Shown here: in pieces, positions 27,479-35,455 of the stretch
Numbering within the stretch: the first letter of the stretch is position 1
Layout: each line of letters starts with the position of its first letter
IMG/VR virus record: IMGVR_UViG_2595698834_000001
Location: 32,001 to 96,000 of that record
Length of the DNA: 64,000 nt
Strand: one strand, 5' to 3'
DNA from: a virus
Lineage: Duplodnaviria > Caudoviricetes
Notes under the pieces: model-generated
Seen by the model: the letters and a program-made list of their open reading frames with translations, nothing else
What the model was told of the DNA's origin: nothing
Databases searched by the model: none
Made by a program: the position numbers and the translations under genes

Positions 27479-28858
27479 CTAAACGGCACATGACAGACAT
27501 CCTTCTTGCCCCGTATCCTTGGTACGTGCGTAGTAAAGTGTTTTAATACCTTTATGGTGAGCATACAAGTCGATACGGTTAAGGTCACGAGTAGTCATCG
27601 TATCTTTAAGGAATAGTGTAAAGCTGATTCCTTGGTCAATGTGCTGCTGAATTGTTGCGATCATATCGACTACACGGAACATGTCCATGTCGTATGCTTC
27701 TTTGAAGAAGAACCAGTTTTGAGGAGACAACCCCGGCATCGGGTAGTAAGTCTTACTGTTTCCATATGTTCTTTCTTCGATCTTCTCCATGATCGGCATA
27801 ACCGAAGCCGTTGCCGATTGAACGTAAGAGATCGATCCAGTAGGGGCAATGCATAAACGGTAACTATGATACATGCCGCTCTTCTTAACTTTCTCCTTAA
27901 GATCTGCCCAGTCAGCTCTAGTCGGTAGCTTCATACCTTCAAAAAGATGCTTCACTTTGTCTGTAACGGGAAGGAAGTCGTTATCAAGGTATTTATCAAA
28001 GAACTCTCCAGTGTCGTATGTAGAGCCTTTAAAGCCCTCGTACGTCTCTCCTTGTTCTTTAGCAATCTCAGACGATCTCTCTACTGAGTAGTAGTTCACT
28101 GCTGCAAAGAATACATTTGCGAACTCTCTAGCTGTAGGGCTCTCATACGCAATGCCTTCAGTAGCTAAATACCCATGCAGGTTCATAGCACCAAGCCCAA
28201 TAGACTTCATAAGTTTGTTTCCTTGGTTTACTGCTGGAGCGTTTGTGATTTCAGTTGTTTGTGTGACTCGTGTTAAGGAGTCTGTTGCTAGCTTGACTGT
28301 CTTCTCAATGGATTTGTGTTTCATAACATTTAAGATGTTAAGTGATCCAAGGTTACAGGAGATGTCAATACCTAAGTCGTCTTCTTGTCCATAATCCGTG
28401 TAGCTAGACACTGTAGATGCCTGTAACACCTCTGAACAAAGGTTAGAGAATTTTACATGTGCGATATGGTTGTTTGCATGTTCTTTGTTTACGTTGTCTT
28501 GGAACATGATGTAAGGGTATCCGGATTCAGCACGAAGGATAGCCAGCTTCTCTAGTAGTTTACGAGGATTTAACGGCTCCTTACGAACTTTCGGGTTGTC
28601 TACGAGCTCGTCATACATTTCTCCGATGTCCATTTCATCGAGGTGGACTCCGTAAGCTTTGTATACTGAGTGTGGGTAGAACGTATATGCTTGTTTGTCC
28701 TCTCTAGCAAGCTCTACAAACTTGTCAGGAATTACTACTCCGATAGAGAGTGTTTTCGCACGTACATCTTCGTCAGCAGAAATTTTCTTAGTATCTAAGA
28801 AGTCATTAATATCAGGATGGAATACGTTTAAATATACACTCCCCGATCCTTGTCTTTG
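27479..28858 (-). CDS. nrdE: class Ib ribonucleotide reductase alpha subunit, exon 2
   Basis: Begins QRQGSGSVYLNVFHPDI; contains SNLCSE, SCNLGS, APTGSIS, KTLYY and C-terminal CLSC. Confidence 0.95.
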   Translation of the reverse strand, partial: QRQGSGSVYLNVFHPDINDFLDTKKISADEDVRAKTLSIGVVIPDKFVELAREDKQAYTFYPHSVYKAYGVHLDEMDIGEMYDELVDNPKVRKEPLNPRKLLEKLAILRAESGYPYIMFQDNVNKEHANNHIAHVKFSNLCSEVLQASTVSSYTDYGQEDDLGIDISCNLGSLNILNVMKHKSIEKTVKLATDSLTRVTQTTEITNAPAVNQGNKLMKSIGLGAMNLHGYLATEGIAYESPTAREFANVFFAAVNYYSVERSSEIAKEQGETYEGFKGSTYDTGEFFDKYLDNDFLPVTDKVKHLFEGMKLPTRADWADLKEKVKKSGMYHSYRLCIAPTGSISYVQSATASVMPIMEKIEERTYGNSKTYYPMPGLSPQNWFFFKEAYDMDMFRVVDMIATIQQHIDQGISFTLFLKDTMTTRDLNRIDLYAHHKGIKTLYYARTKDTGQEGCLSCAV

Positions 28859-29672
28859 CAGACTATTCGACTGGGTTCGCTACACCCAGCCCGTTCTCTG
28901 AGGAACTGCTCTGTGTTACCACAGAGATTAGACTATATCTTGGTCTTAGGCGTTACCCTAAGTACCTCTCCCATTTCCACCTGCTTAGGTGTACTCTACT
29001 CGGTTACTCACTCGTGTCCTCTCGACAGGAGCTTCCCTTTCGATAGTCGTTGCACGTTCAAGACAACTTTTTCGACTTATAGATGATCAATCCAGTCTCA
29101 ACAGCGTGGTCGTAGTTCTCTTTAACTGTGACCCATTCAAGATTGTCGATGTTGAAATTTGATTTGTCTCCATCAATATGATTCACTACAGGTTTTTTCT
29201 CTGGGTTTGGTATGAAGTATAAAGCAACCAATCTATGTACGTACTGCTCATACCTAATTCCGTCTTTAAATAGCGTTACTATAGGGTAATGACCTTTTCT
29301 AGTCTTAGGCTTAATCAGAGTGTTATCGGATAGTTTTACTATTTGGCTCCTATTCGTCACTCCGTAATTCGGAAACTCCTCTATAACCTTCAGTACCTCC
29401 TCTTCTTGGAGGGTGAATGGTATGGACGTTTTCCTTAGACCTAGTCGTCGTGCTCGGTGATTTATAACTTCCCGAGTCGTACCTAAGTGTTCTGCTATTT
29501 CTTTCTGAGTCATACTACTGTAGTTCTCGATAATAAAATTCTCATCTATGTCTACTTTGTTGTGTGGTTGTCTTGCTTCGCTCATGATTGTCCTCCTTTG
29601 TGTTTAATTAGGAGGAGGTTCCATGAATTAAAGAGATGATCGACCACTATCACTAGTGGAAGGAGCCAAAAA
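28859..29672 (-). mobile_element. group I intron (IA2-like, 814 nt) in nrdE
   Basis: Exon junction DQMG|QRQG rejoins in frame (701 aa). 5' splice site after U, terminal G, P2 CCACUA/UAGUGG, P4 UUCAUG/CAUGAG, P7 GACUAU..AAGAUAUAGUC. Confidence 0.92.
29058..29585 (-). CDS. intron-encoded HNH homing endonuclease with an N-terminal HTH
   Basis: TQKEIAEHLGTT HTH; VHRLVALYFIPNP..VNHIDGDKSNFNIDNLEWVT..EN..HA. Confidence 0.92.
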   Translation of the reverse strand: MSEARQPHNKVDIDENFIIENYSSMTQKEIAEHLGTTREVINHRARRLGLRKTSIPFTLQEEEVLKVIEEFPNYGVTNRSQIVKLSDNTLIKPKTRKGHYPIVTLFKDGIRYEQYVHRLVALYFIPNPEKKPVVNHIDGDKSNFNIDNLEWVTVKENYDHAVETGLIIYKSKKLS

Positions 29673-30398
29673 ACCCATCTGATCTGCATAGCGGAAAGCA
29701 TTGTCAAGAAGTTTCATTACTCCTACGACACCTTTAGTAGCGTTCTCTACGCCTTTAATGGCTTCCCCTTTAGCTCGAATCTTTGTCAAGTTGAGACTCA
29801 CGCCTCCGCCTAGTTTTGATAGCTGCATGGACATGTCAACAGCTTTAGAAATATCGTTCAGGGAATCGTTTACTTCCATCAAGAAGCAGCTTACAAGCTC
29901 CCCACGGCGTTTTCTACCTGCATTTAGGAATGTTGGAGTACTCGGTTGGTACTCTTGGTTTAGCAGCAACTCAACAAATTCTTTAGCTTTTTTAACGTCC
30001 CCATCAGAGAAGAATAGAGAGACGATAGCAATACGGTCTTCGTAGCGCTCAAGGATTCGTTTCTTATCATTTGTTTTAAGTGCATAGTCATTATAGAACT
30101 TAAACGCACTCATGAAGGAAGGGAAACGGAATTTCTTGCTATATGCTAGTTTAAATACGTCTTTAATTTCTTTAAAACTGTACTTAGAGAGAAATTCTTC
30201 TTCGTAGTAGTCATTCTCTATTAAGTAGTCTAGCTTCTCTCTGAGGTTGTGAAAGAACACTGTATTCTTGTTAATGTGGTCAACAAAATAGCTATGTACT
30301 GCTTCTTTATCCTTGTCGAACTGGAACTTCCCTTCTTTCTGAATCATAATCTCGTTGTTTAGTTCTACCCACTTAGGGATGCTATTCTCACTTGTCAA
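29673..30398 (-). CDS. nrdE: class Ib ribonucleotide reductase alpha subunit, exon 1
   Basis: NTVFFHNLREKLDYL, PSTPTFLNAG, ELVSCF, GGGVSLNL and FRYADQMG. Confidence 0.95.
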
Positions 30399-30759
30399 TT
30401 TTCTTGACCTCCTGTATAAGTTTATCTAGGTCGGTTCGTGTTCCGCTCATCTCGAATTTAAGTAGCAACGGAACATTATATGCAGCTGCAAGAGTGTCCC
30501 CAGCAAGACCGAAGGATGTCCCCCAGTTCCGGTTACCGCTAACAGCTACGCCTAGAAGATGTTTATGGTTTTGTTTGATGAAAGATTCTGTGATAACGGG
30601 TACTTGTCCAAAGCCTGTCGTGTATGTTATGTGAACAAAAGGTTCGTTTACAACGTCTAACTCTGTATGTATTTCCTGTAACCGAATATCGTATGTGTCT
30701 TGTAGCTTCCTTGCGAATCGTCTTACATTGCCTGTTTTGCTTTCGTAAGTGATTATCAA
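30388..30759 (-). CDS. nrdI: flavodoxin-like NrdI
   Basis: YESKTGNVRRF, TYTTGFGQVP, SGNRNWG and KFEMSG. Confidence 0.95.
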   Translation of the reverse strand: MIITYESKTGNVRRFARKLQDTYDIRLQEIHTELDVVNEPFVHITYTTGFGQVPVITESFIKQNHKHLLGVAVSGNRNWGTSFGLAGDTLAAAYNVPLLLKFEMSGTRTDLDKLIQEVKKIDK

Positions 30760-30900
30760 TTTCCACCCTCCTATACTATATGTTGTGTAAAGAAGGCTAC
30801 ATATACATTATAACATATAATATAGGGGGTCTGTAAAGAGAAAAACAACTTTTATATAAAAACTACCTACACAGCTTACTCTTGTAGGTAGTTAAAGAAA

Positions 30901-31449
30901 TTATTGGTTATCTTTAGAACACTCTCTCAGCTGATCTTGCAGTTCCCAAAAGGCTTGTTGATAGTTTTTAATCTTCTTTTTAAGGTCTTTTGGAACACTT
31001 GACTCGTTTCTAAGTACTGTGGCTGCGAGTGACATGCTATGAGACGCCTCTCCTAGAAAAGCAAGAGCTTGGTAAACATAGTCATTTTCTCTACCGAGTG
31101 CCTTAAATTTGTCTGTTTGAAACACATCCTCTGCAACCTCATTAACCCAGTCCTTAAATTCCTGTTCTTCTTTGACCTTTTCTAACTCTTCTACTGGAAT
31201 GTTCATCTCTTGAACAACCTTGTCAAACTCCTGCTGCGTCATGTTGTTAGGTTGAAAGCGATCAAGCACAATAGAGAAGGGATAGAGATAGTTCTCTAAA
31301 ATGTCCTCTCCATCTTCCCTATTGCGTATAGTTCCTGTAACGTTTCTGAGGTAGTCTTCCCTAGTCATATTGTGATGAGTAGGACAGCCCACAGTAGTCG
31401 AAAATCTACAATATAGCCCGTTTGGTTGTTGTGCGATAAAAGCGCCCAT
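30901..31449 (-). CDS. hypothetical protein
   Basis: 182-aa ORF with AAGGAGG RBS; N-terminus FIAQQPNGLYCRFS. Confidence 0.8.
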   Translation of the reverse strand: MGAFIAQQPNGLYCRFSTTVGCPTHHNMTREDYLRNVTGTIRNREDGEDILENYLYPFSIVLDRFQPNNMTQQEFDKVVQEMNIPVEELEKVKEEQEFKDWVNEVAEDVFQTDKFKALGRENDYVYQALAFLGEASHSMSLAATVLRNESSVPKDLKKKIKNYQQAFWELQDQLRECSKDNQ

Positions 31450-31461
31450 ATGCTTTCCTCC

Positions 31462-31749
31462 TTATTGGTTACGTTTTCGTAGTCCCCTACGGTAAGCCAC
31501 AACAGCAGGTTCGGTACGACTACGTTTGGCAACAAAATCGTAATTACTAAACCATTTCTCAAAATGTTTTTTATCTACCTCATTCGGGTTAGGGTTAAGT
31601 CCGTTTAAAAGTCTCATTACCTTTAAGCTATAGGTGGTCGGTAAGAAAGCAGGATGCCCTTTCTTAGTGTAGACACGGAATCCGCAAATGTCCGTCGATC
31701 TTTTATATCCTTTAGCTTTAAGAATAGCTCTCATTCGTGGTTTTTTCAT
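31462..31749 (-). CDS. basic small protein, RAILKAKGY family copy A (HicA-fold-like)
   Basis: Start reassigned to the ATG at 31749 (GGAGGG RBS, TAATG overlap); MKKPRMRAILKAKGYKRS. Confidence 0.75.
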   Translation of the reverse strand: MKKPRMRAILKAKGYKRSTDICGFRVYTKKGHPAFLPTTYSLKVMRLLNGLNPNPNEVDKKHFEKWFSNYDFVAKRSRTEPAVVAYRRGLRKRNQ

Positions 31750-32060
31750 TAGATTAAACCCTCCAATTGTAATTCTCTTTTTAGGTCTAGAAGACATTCC
31801 GCTCCTATATCCCATATGTCCTCTTTTGAGTCATCGATAAAATCATTAAGTACTTCTTCAATGGTGCGTTTTACATCGTATTGCTCGGTGACAAGCAATT
31901 CAGCGAATTCATCAAAAGGCACCTCATTTAGTGGCTCATACACGCCAACAAATTTACCATGATCTCTAGTTAAGAAAGCTAACTGATTTTTTAATTTTTC
32001 TCCTGTCAGAGAGTAAAATTCGTATAACGCTTCACTTTGCTTTCTAGTTATCTTAATCAT
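31749..32060 (-). CDS. small protein, second paralog family copy 3
   Basis: ITRKQSEAL..HG..EPLNEVPF..TIEEVL..LQLEGLI. Confidence 0.8.
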   Translation of the reverse strand: MIKITRKQSEALYEFYSLTGEKLKNQLAFLTRDHGKFVGVYEPLNEVPFDEFAELLVTEQYDVKRTIEEVLNDFIDDSKEDIWDIGAECLLDLKRELQLEGLI

Positions 32061-32061
32061 T

Positions 32062-32376
32062 TTAGTTTTCCTCCTTGATAAATCCGTTTTCTTTTAACTC
32101 GTTATACATAGCCGTTAAAATGCGAAGCTCTTTGGGGGTAAATGCATTAGCAGTATACTTGTTGTATATATTCTCGGCTGATGCTCTTAGTTTATATTCT
32201 CCAGTTAGGACAGCACCAAGAACGTCATATTTGTGAAGTCTATTGATATAAATATACTGGCTCGCAATTTCTCCAGAGTGTAAAATCAAATGAATGACAT
32301 CCTTATGAGGTTTTCCATTACAGATATAACATAATCTTTCCATATCTTCAAATTCTTTTGGGCTTAGATATAACAT
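32062..32376 (-). CDS. small protein, second paralog family copy 2 (more diverged)
   Basis: LSPKEFEDM..HSG..LTGEYKL..LKENGFI. Confidence 0.75.
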   Translation of the reverse strand: MLYLSPKEFEDMERLCYICNGKPHKDVIHLILHSGEIASQYIYINRLHKYDVLGAVLTGEYKLRASAENIYNKYTANAFTPKELRILTAMYNELKENGFIKEEN

Positions 32377-32377
32377 T

Positions 32378-32611
32378 TTAGTTTGCCTCCTTGATAGTTA
32401 CTACTTGATCGTTCCATGACTCGAAGGTCTCAGCCATGATGTGTCCGTCTTCCAAAAGTCTTCCTATGAAGTATATAGAACTCTTGGAATAGTCAACCTT
32501 TTCCGCTGGGATATTTGGGGTCAGGTATTTTCCAGTGCTATTTGAAAACATTGTGTAGCCGTAAACGTCAGTGCCAATAATTTTGAGTCTCGCCTCGATT
32601 GGTTTACTCGT
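32378..32611 (-). CDS. 77-codon ORF with ACG at the start position (non-canonical start or lost start codon)
   Basis: Fills the gap exactly. GAGAGGGG RBS, 8 nt, then ACG AGT AAA...IKEAN*; its 3' end carries the RBS of the next gene. Confidence 0.55.
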   Translation of the reverse strand, partial: TSKPIEARLKIIGTDVYGYTMFSNSTGKYLTPNIPAEKVDYSKSSIYFIGRLLEDGHIMAETFESWNDQVVTIKEAN

Positions 32612-32951
32612 TTATAAAACCCCTCTCTTTTAGCCTTGCAATGGCGTATGCTACTCCATCCTTTTCAGCAATATCAAGTCTACTGTCAGCGTGAAGCTCC
32701 TCTAATACTTCTTTAATGGTCTTTTGAGTTTCCCACACCCCGCCAGTAGCAATATATAGCAAGTTATTGAATGGAACCTTGTTGAGTGGCTCAAGTGCAT
32801 TTACCCAATCCCCATGTTCACAAATTATATAGTCAACCAACCTTTCCCTTTGTTCCACTGGGTCATTGTTTAACTCGCTGTATCCTTTTATCAAGCACTC
32901 AAGTGCCTCAGCTTGCTCTCTTGATAGTACAACTTTTCTAGCTTCACTCAT
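32604..32951 (-). CDS. small protein, second paralog family copy 1
   Basis: VVLSREQAEAL..HG..EPLNKVPF..TIKEVL..LKERGFI. Confidence 0.8.
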   Translation of the reverse strand: MSEARKVVLSREQAEALECLIKGYSELNNDPVEQRERLVDYIICEHGDWVNALEPLNKVPFNNLLYIATGGVWETQKTIKEVLEELHADSRLDIAEKDGVAYAIARLKERGFINE

Positions 32952-32970
32952 TTTCTTTTCCTCCTCCTAT

Positions 32971-33306
32971 TTAGATATTTATTTGATTTTGAATATGTAT
33001 AACTTTTTTTCCGGTTTCGTCTGACTGATCTAGCAATCCATGGTCAACACGTATTCGGCACATTTCTCTAAACTCTTCTGAGAAATATGTTGTAGTTATC
33101 CGTTTTCTTTTAGAATATCTGTGCCTAACGGATAACTTATTTCTTCGTGCGAAATACCTAAATAATTTTTCCCAATTTCTGTTCGAAGACATCCCGGGTA
33201 TCCAAACTCTACTATTAGGGTTACGGTATACTACCTGCTTCAGCTGATCGCTGCTTCTTACGTAACCTTTAGCTTTTAAGATAGCTCTTCTACGTGGTTT
33301 TCTCAT
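32971..33306 (-). CDS. basic small protein, RAILKAKGY family copy B
   Basis: Start reassigned to the ATG at 33306 (GAGGAGG RBS); MRKPRRRAILKAKGYVRS. Confidence 0.75.
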   Translation of the reverse strand: MRKPRRRAILKAKGYVRSSDQLKQVVYRNPNSRVWIPGMSSNRNWEKLFRYFARRNKLSVRHRYSKRKRITTTYFSEEFREMCRIRVDHGLLDQSDETGKKVIHIQNQINI

Positions 33307-33547
33307 TTTCTTTTCCTCCTCTATTTTCCGGATTAAGTACATCTCCATAGTTTGCGCTCCAAAAGTGAAATCCACTATGGTCCGGTACGAAAATTCCTCT
33401 TTTTATAAACCAACGTCTAACTTTCTGTTTGGATGATGGAGGGATGGCTCTATGATCTCCTTTTATGAAAACCGTATTACCACCAAAACCTCTTGACTTA
33501 ACATACCCTTTCGCTTTAAGAATGGCTCTCATACGTTTAGATTTCAC
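33290..33547 (-). CDS. basic small protein, RAILKAKGY family copy C
   Basis: Probable GTG start at 33547; KSKRMRAILKAKGYVKSRGFGGNTVFIKG. Confidence 0.7.
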   Translation of the reverse strand: MKSKRMRAILKAKGYVKSRGFGGNTVFIKGDHRAIPPSSKQKVRRWFIKRGIFVPDHSGFHFWSANYGDVLNPENRGGKENEKTT

Positions 33548-33809
33548 TGAGTATCTGCACCTCTGTTCCATCCTCAAACCAGTATAACCACACAGTATCC
33601 CCATTATCTTTAGTTGGATCAGCATCAACAGCTTGGGAAGCATCAATCAAGATAGCCACATCGCTAGGGAACATCATCTTGTCAGACGCTCCTAGTTCTT
33701 CATTGTTTACAAGATTCGATTCAGGTAGTCCCGAACAGTCAACCTTTCCAGTCTCCTTATTAATCTTATAAACATCGTCAGCAGGTATATAAAGCTTTGT
33801 CATTCCCAT
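33537..33809 (-). CDS. acidic hypothetical protein
   Basis: 90-aa ORF with GGGAGG RBS. Confidence 0.75.
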   Translation of the reverse strand: MGMTKLYIPADDVYKINKETGKVDCSGLPESNLVNNEELGASDKMMFPSDVAILIDASQAVDADPTKDNGDTVWLYWFEDGTEVQILSEI

Positions 33810-33958
33810 CGTCTATTATCCTCCCTAACCTTCTTTTTTCTCACTTCACGAATAATGGTTTTAGTTACTAAAACAACTCCAAGAACATATATTGACCCAA
33901 CGAAAAGAGAGAATCCGGATACTATAATAATCATACAAATTATCCCTACCCATTCCAT
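33800..33958 (-). CDS. small membrane protein (52 aa)
   Basis: MEWVGIICMIIIVSGFSLFVGSIYVLGVVLV followed by a basic tail; GAGG RBS. Confidence 0.65.
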   Translation of the reverse strand: MEWVGIICMIIIVSGFSLFVGSIYVLGVVLVTKTIIREVRKKKVREDNRRWE

Positions 33959-33962
33959 CTCT

Positions 33963-34188
33963 CTACCTCTCCGTTCCTTCTATGGCGTCTATAACATCTC
34001 CTGCGTACAGACCATCGTCCCAATTCATATAACCGACAAGACTATCTACCCTGTATAGTGCTTCCTCCGCTTCTGTGATCGCTTCTAGTTGTGCAATAGC
34101 TAAGTCCAACGCCTATCTAAGCATAGTGTGTGTGTGTCTCCGGGGGATAGCTAGACTGGATTATTCGTACTGCTTCTTCATGAGTCAC
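33963..34188 (-). pseudogene. disrupted small gene ((AC)6 frameshift plus in-frame TAG)
   Basis: Reconstructs as MTHEEAVRIIQSSYPPETHTMLR*ALDLAIAQLEAITEAEEALY...GTER if (AC)6 is (AC)4. Confidence 0.65.
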
Positions 34189-34759
34189 TGTTTTCTTCCT
34201 CGGTATATTCTGCTGCATAGGTGTCCCACTGAACTCTGTCAGCGTATTTCTGAAGGTCTACAATGTCTATGCTTGAGAATGTATCAAGTGTCGATACTAA
34301 CACATCAAATCTTTGAACTTCGTCTCTAATGTTTTTGATCGTGACAGAAGTAACAGCGTAGTCATTCCCTAAACTTTCAAGGATGTGTAAAAGTGTTACG
34401 TCAAATGGAACCATTATAAAATCTTTCTGTCTGTTACGAGAGAAAATCAGTAGCGGAACTTTACTAATACGGCGTGCGTCTCTAACGACTTGAGCCCACC
34501 ATTCTTTAGGCTGCCCAATGTCTAGTAGGATGTGATCAAATGTCCACGACTCTCTTTTCTTGCACTCAATAACAAAGGGGAAATTCATACCAGCAGGCGG
34601 TACAATATCTCCCGCTACTCGCTGGTCGCTTCCCCACTGGAGACCGCCGGAGGCAGGAACTCGTGAGAAGTTCCCTCCCCACCAGTTGCCCATAAATTTT
34701 GCAATTTTAAGTTCATACCCTGCGCCTTTTGTTTTGCTTAGTTTCGACACAGCAATCAC
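34178..34759 (-). CDS. Holliday junction resolvase (Hjc-like PD-(D/E)XK)
   Basis: SKTKGAGYEL, RVPASGG, GDIV, IECKKRE and WWAQ. Confidence 0.85.
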   Translation of the reverse strand: MIAVSKLSKTKGAGYELKIAKFMGNWWGGNFSRVPASGGLQWGSDQRVAGDIVPPAGMNFPFVIECKKRESWTFDHILLDIGQPKEWWAQVVRDARRISKVPLLIFSRNRQKDFIMVPFDVTLLHILESLGNDYAVTSVTIKNIRDEVQRFDVLVSTLDTFSSIDIVDLQKYADRVQWDTYAAEYTEEENSDS

Positions 34760-35121
34760 TCCTTCTCGTCTTTTTGTTCATCAGCGAGAGTTTCGTCTCC
34801 GTCTCCGATTTCATCAGCTTCTGCTAACTCTTTCATGTACTCTTCTTGAGCCTCTTTGAAAATATCACCTGTTGGGTCAAGTCTTTCGATAACTTTATGC
34901 TGCACGTTGACATGATCGATTAAATTCTGCACTAATTGGCGGTCGGCGTTAGTAACAGCTCGTGCAATAGTAACGACATCGGCAACGTTGATTACTTTAC
35001 GTAGTGTATTTTTTAATAGCTTCTGTTGGCTTTCGTCTGCTAACTTTCCAGTCATTAGGTACATTACCAAGCGGCGTAGTTCTTTTTCGTTTAGTGAGTC
35101 TGCTGTTTGTTGTTTTGTCAT
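34756..35121 (-). CDS. hypothetical protein
   Basis: 121-aa ORF in the primase-resolvase block. Confidence 0.8.
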   Translation of the reverse strand: MTKQQTADSLNEKELRRLVMYLMTGKLADESQQKLLKNTLRKVINVADVVTIARAVTNADRQLVQNLIDHVNVQHKVIERLDPTGDIFKEAQEEYMKELAEADEIGDGDETLADEQKDEKE

Positions 35122-35122
35122 G

Positions 35123-35443
35123 TTAATTTTCGTCTCCTTCGTCCAAGACGTCTAAGATGTCATCTTGGCTCTCTTTTAGTTTTAATCTAATATTTTCTTG
35201 ATATTCTTCAGGAAGTGACTCTACAAGTACTCTGTAGCGTTCCTCCTGTACTTCTGTTAAGGTTTCAATAGTTCGAGATAACCCGCTTAACACTTTCATT
35301 AAAGCATTAGCAGTCTCCCCTAGTGTTACTTTGTCTGAGAGGGGAATGTTGTCTAGTTCCTTTTCAAACTGCTCGTCTGACATGTCTCCATATTCGTGCT
35401 CTATGATCAATGATAATACATCATTAAGAGTTTGTTCTCTCAC
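35123..35443 (-). CDS. hypothetical acidic protein
   Basis: 106-aa ORF with a GTG start after GAGGAGG. Confidence 0.8.
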   Translation of the reverse strand: MREQTLNDVLSLIIEHEYGDMSDEQFEKELDNIPLSDKVTLGETANALMKVLSGLSRTIETLTEVQEERYRVLVESLPEEYQENIRLKLKESQDDILDVLDEGDEN

Positions 35444-35455
35444 TGTGTTCCTCCT

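Noticed and set aside
27479-28633. nrdE or polA halves as separate (split) genes
   Set aside because: Complete group I intron cores are present and the exons rejoin in frame.
31462-33646. Longer ORF-track starts for the RAILKAKGY genes (31815, 33375, 33646)
   Set aside because: They overlap upstream genes extensively; RBS position and paralog alignment point to 31749, 33306 and 33547.
34113-34115. Genome-wide TAG recoding suggested by the in-frame amber
   Set aside because: TAG ends several well-defined genes here (for example recA and nrdE), long genes contain no internal TAG, and no suppressor tRNA is visible.
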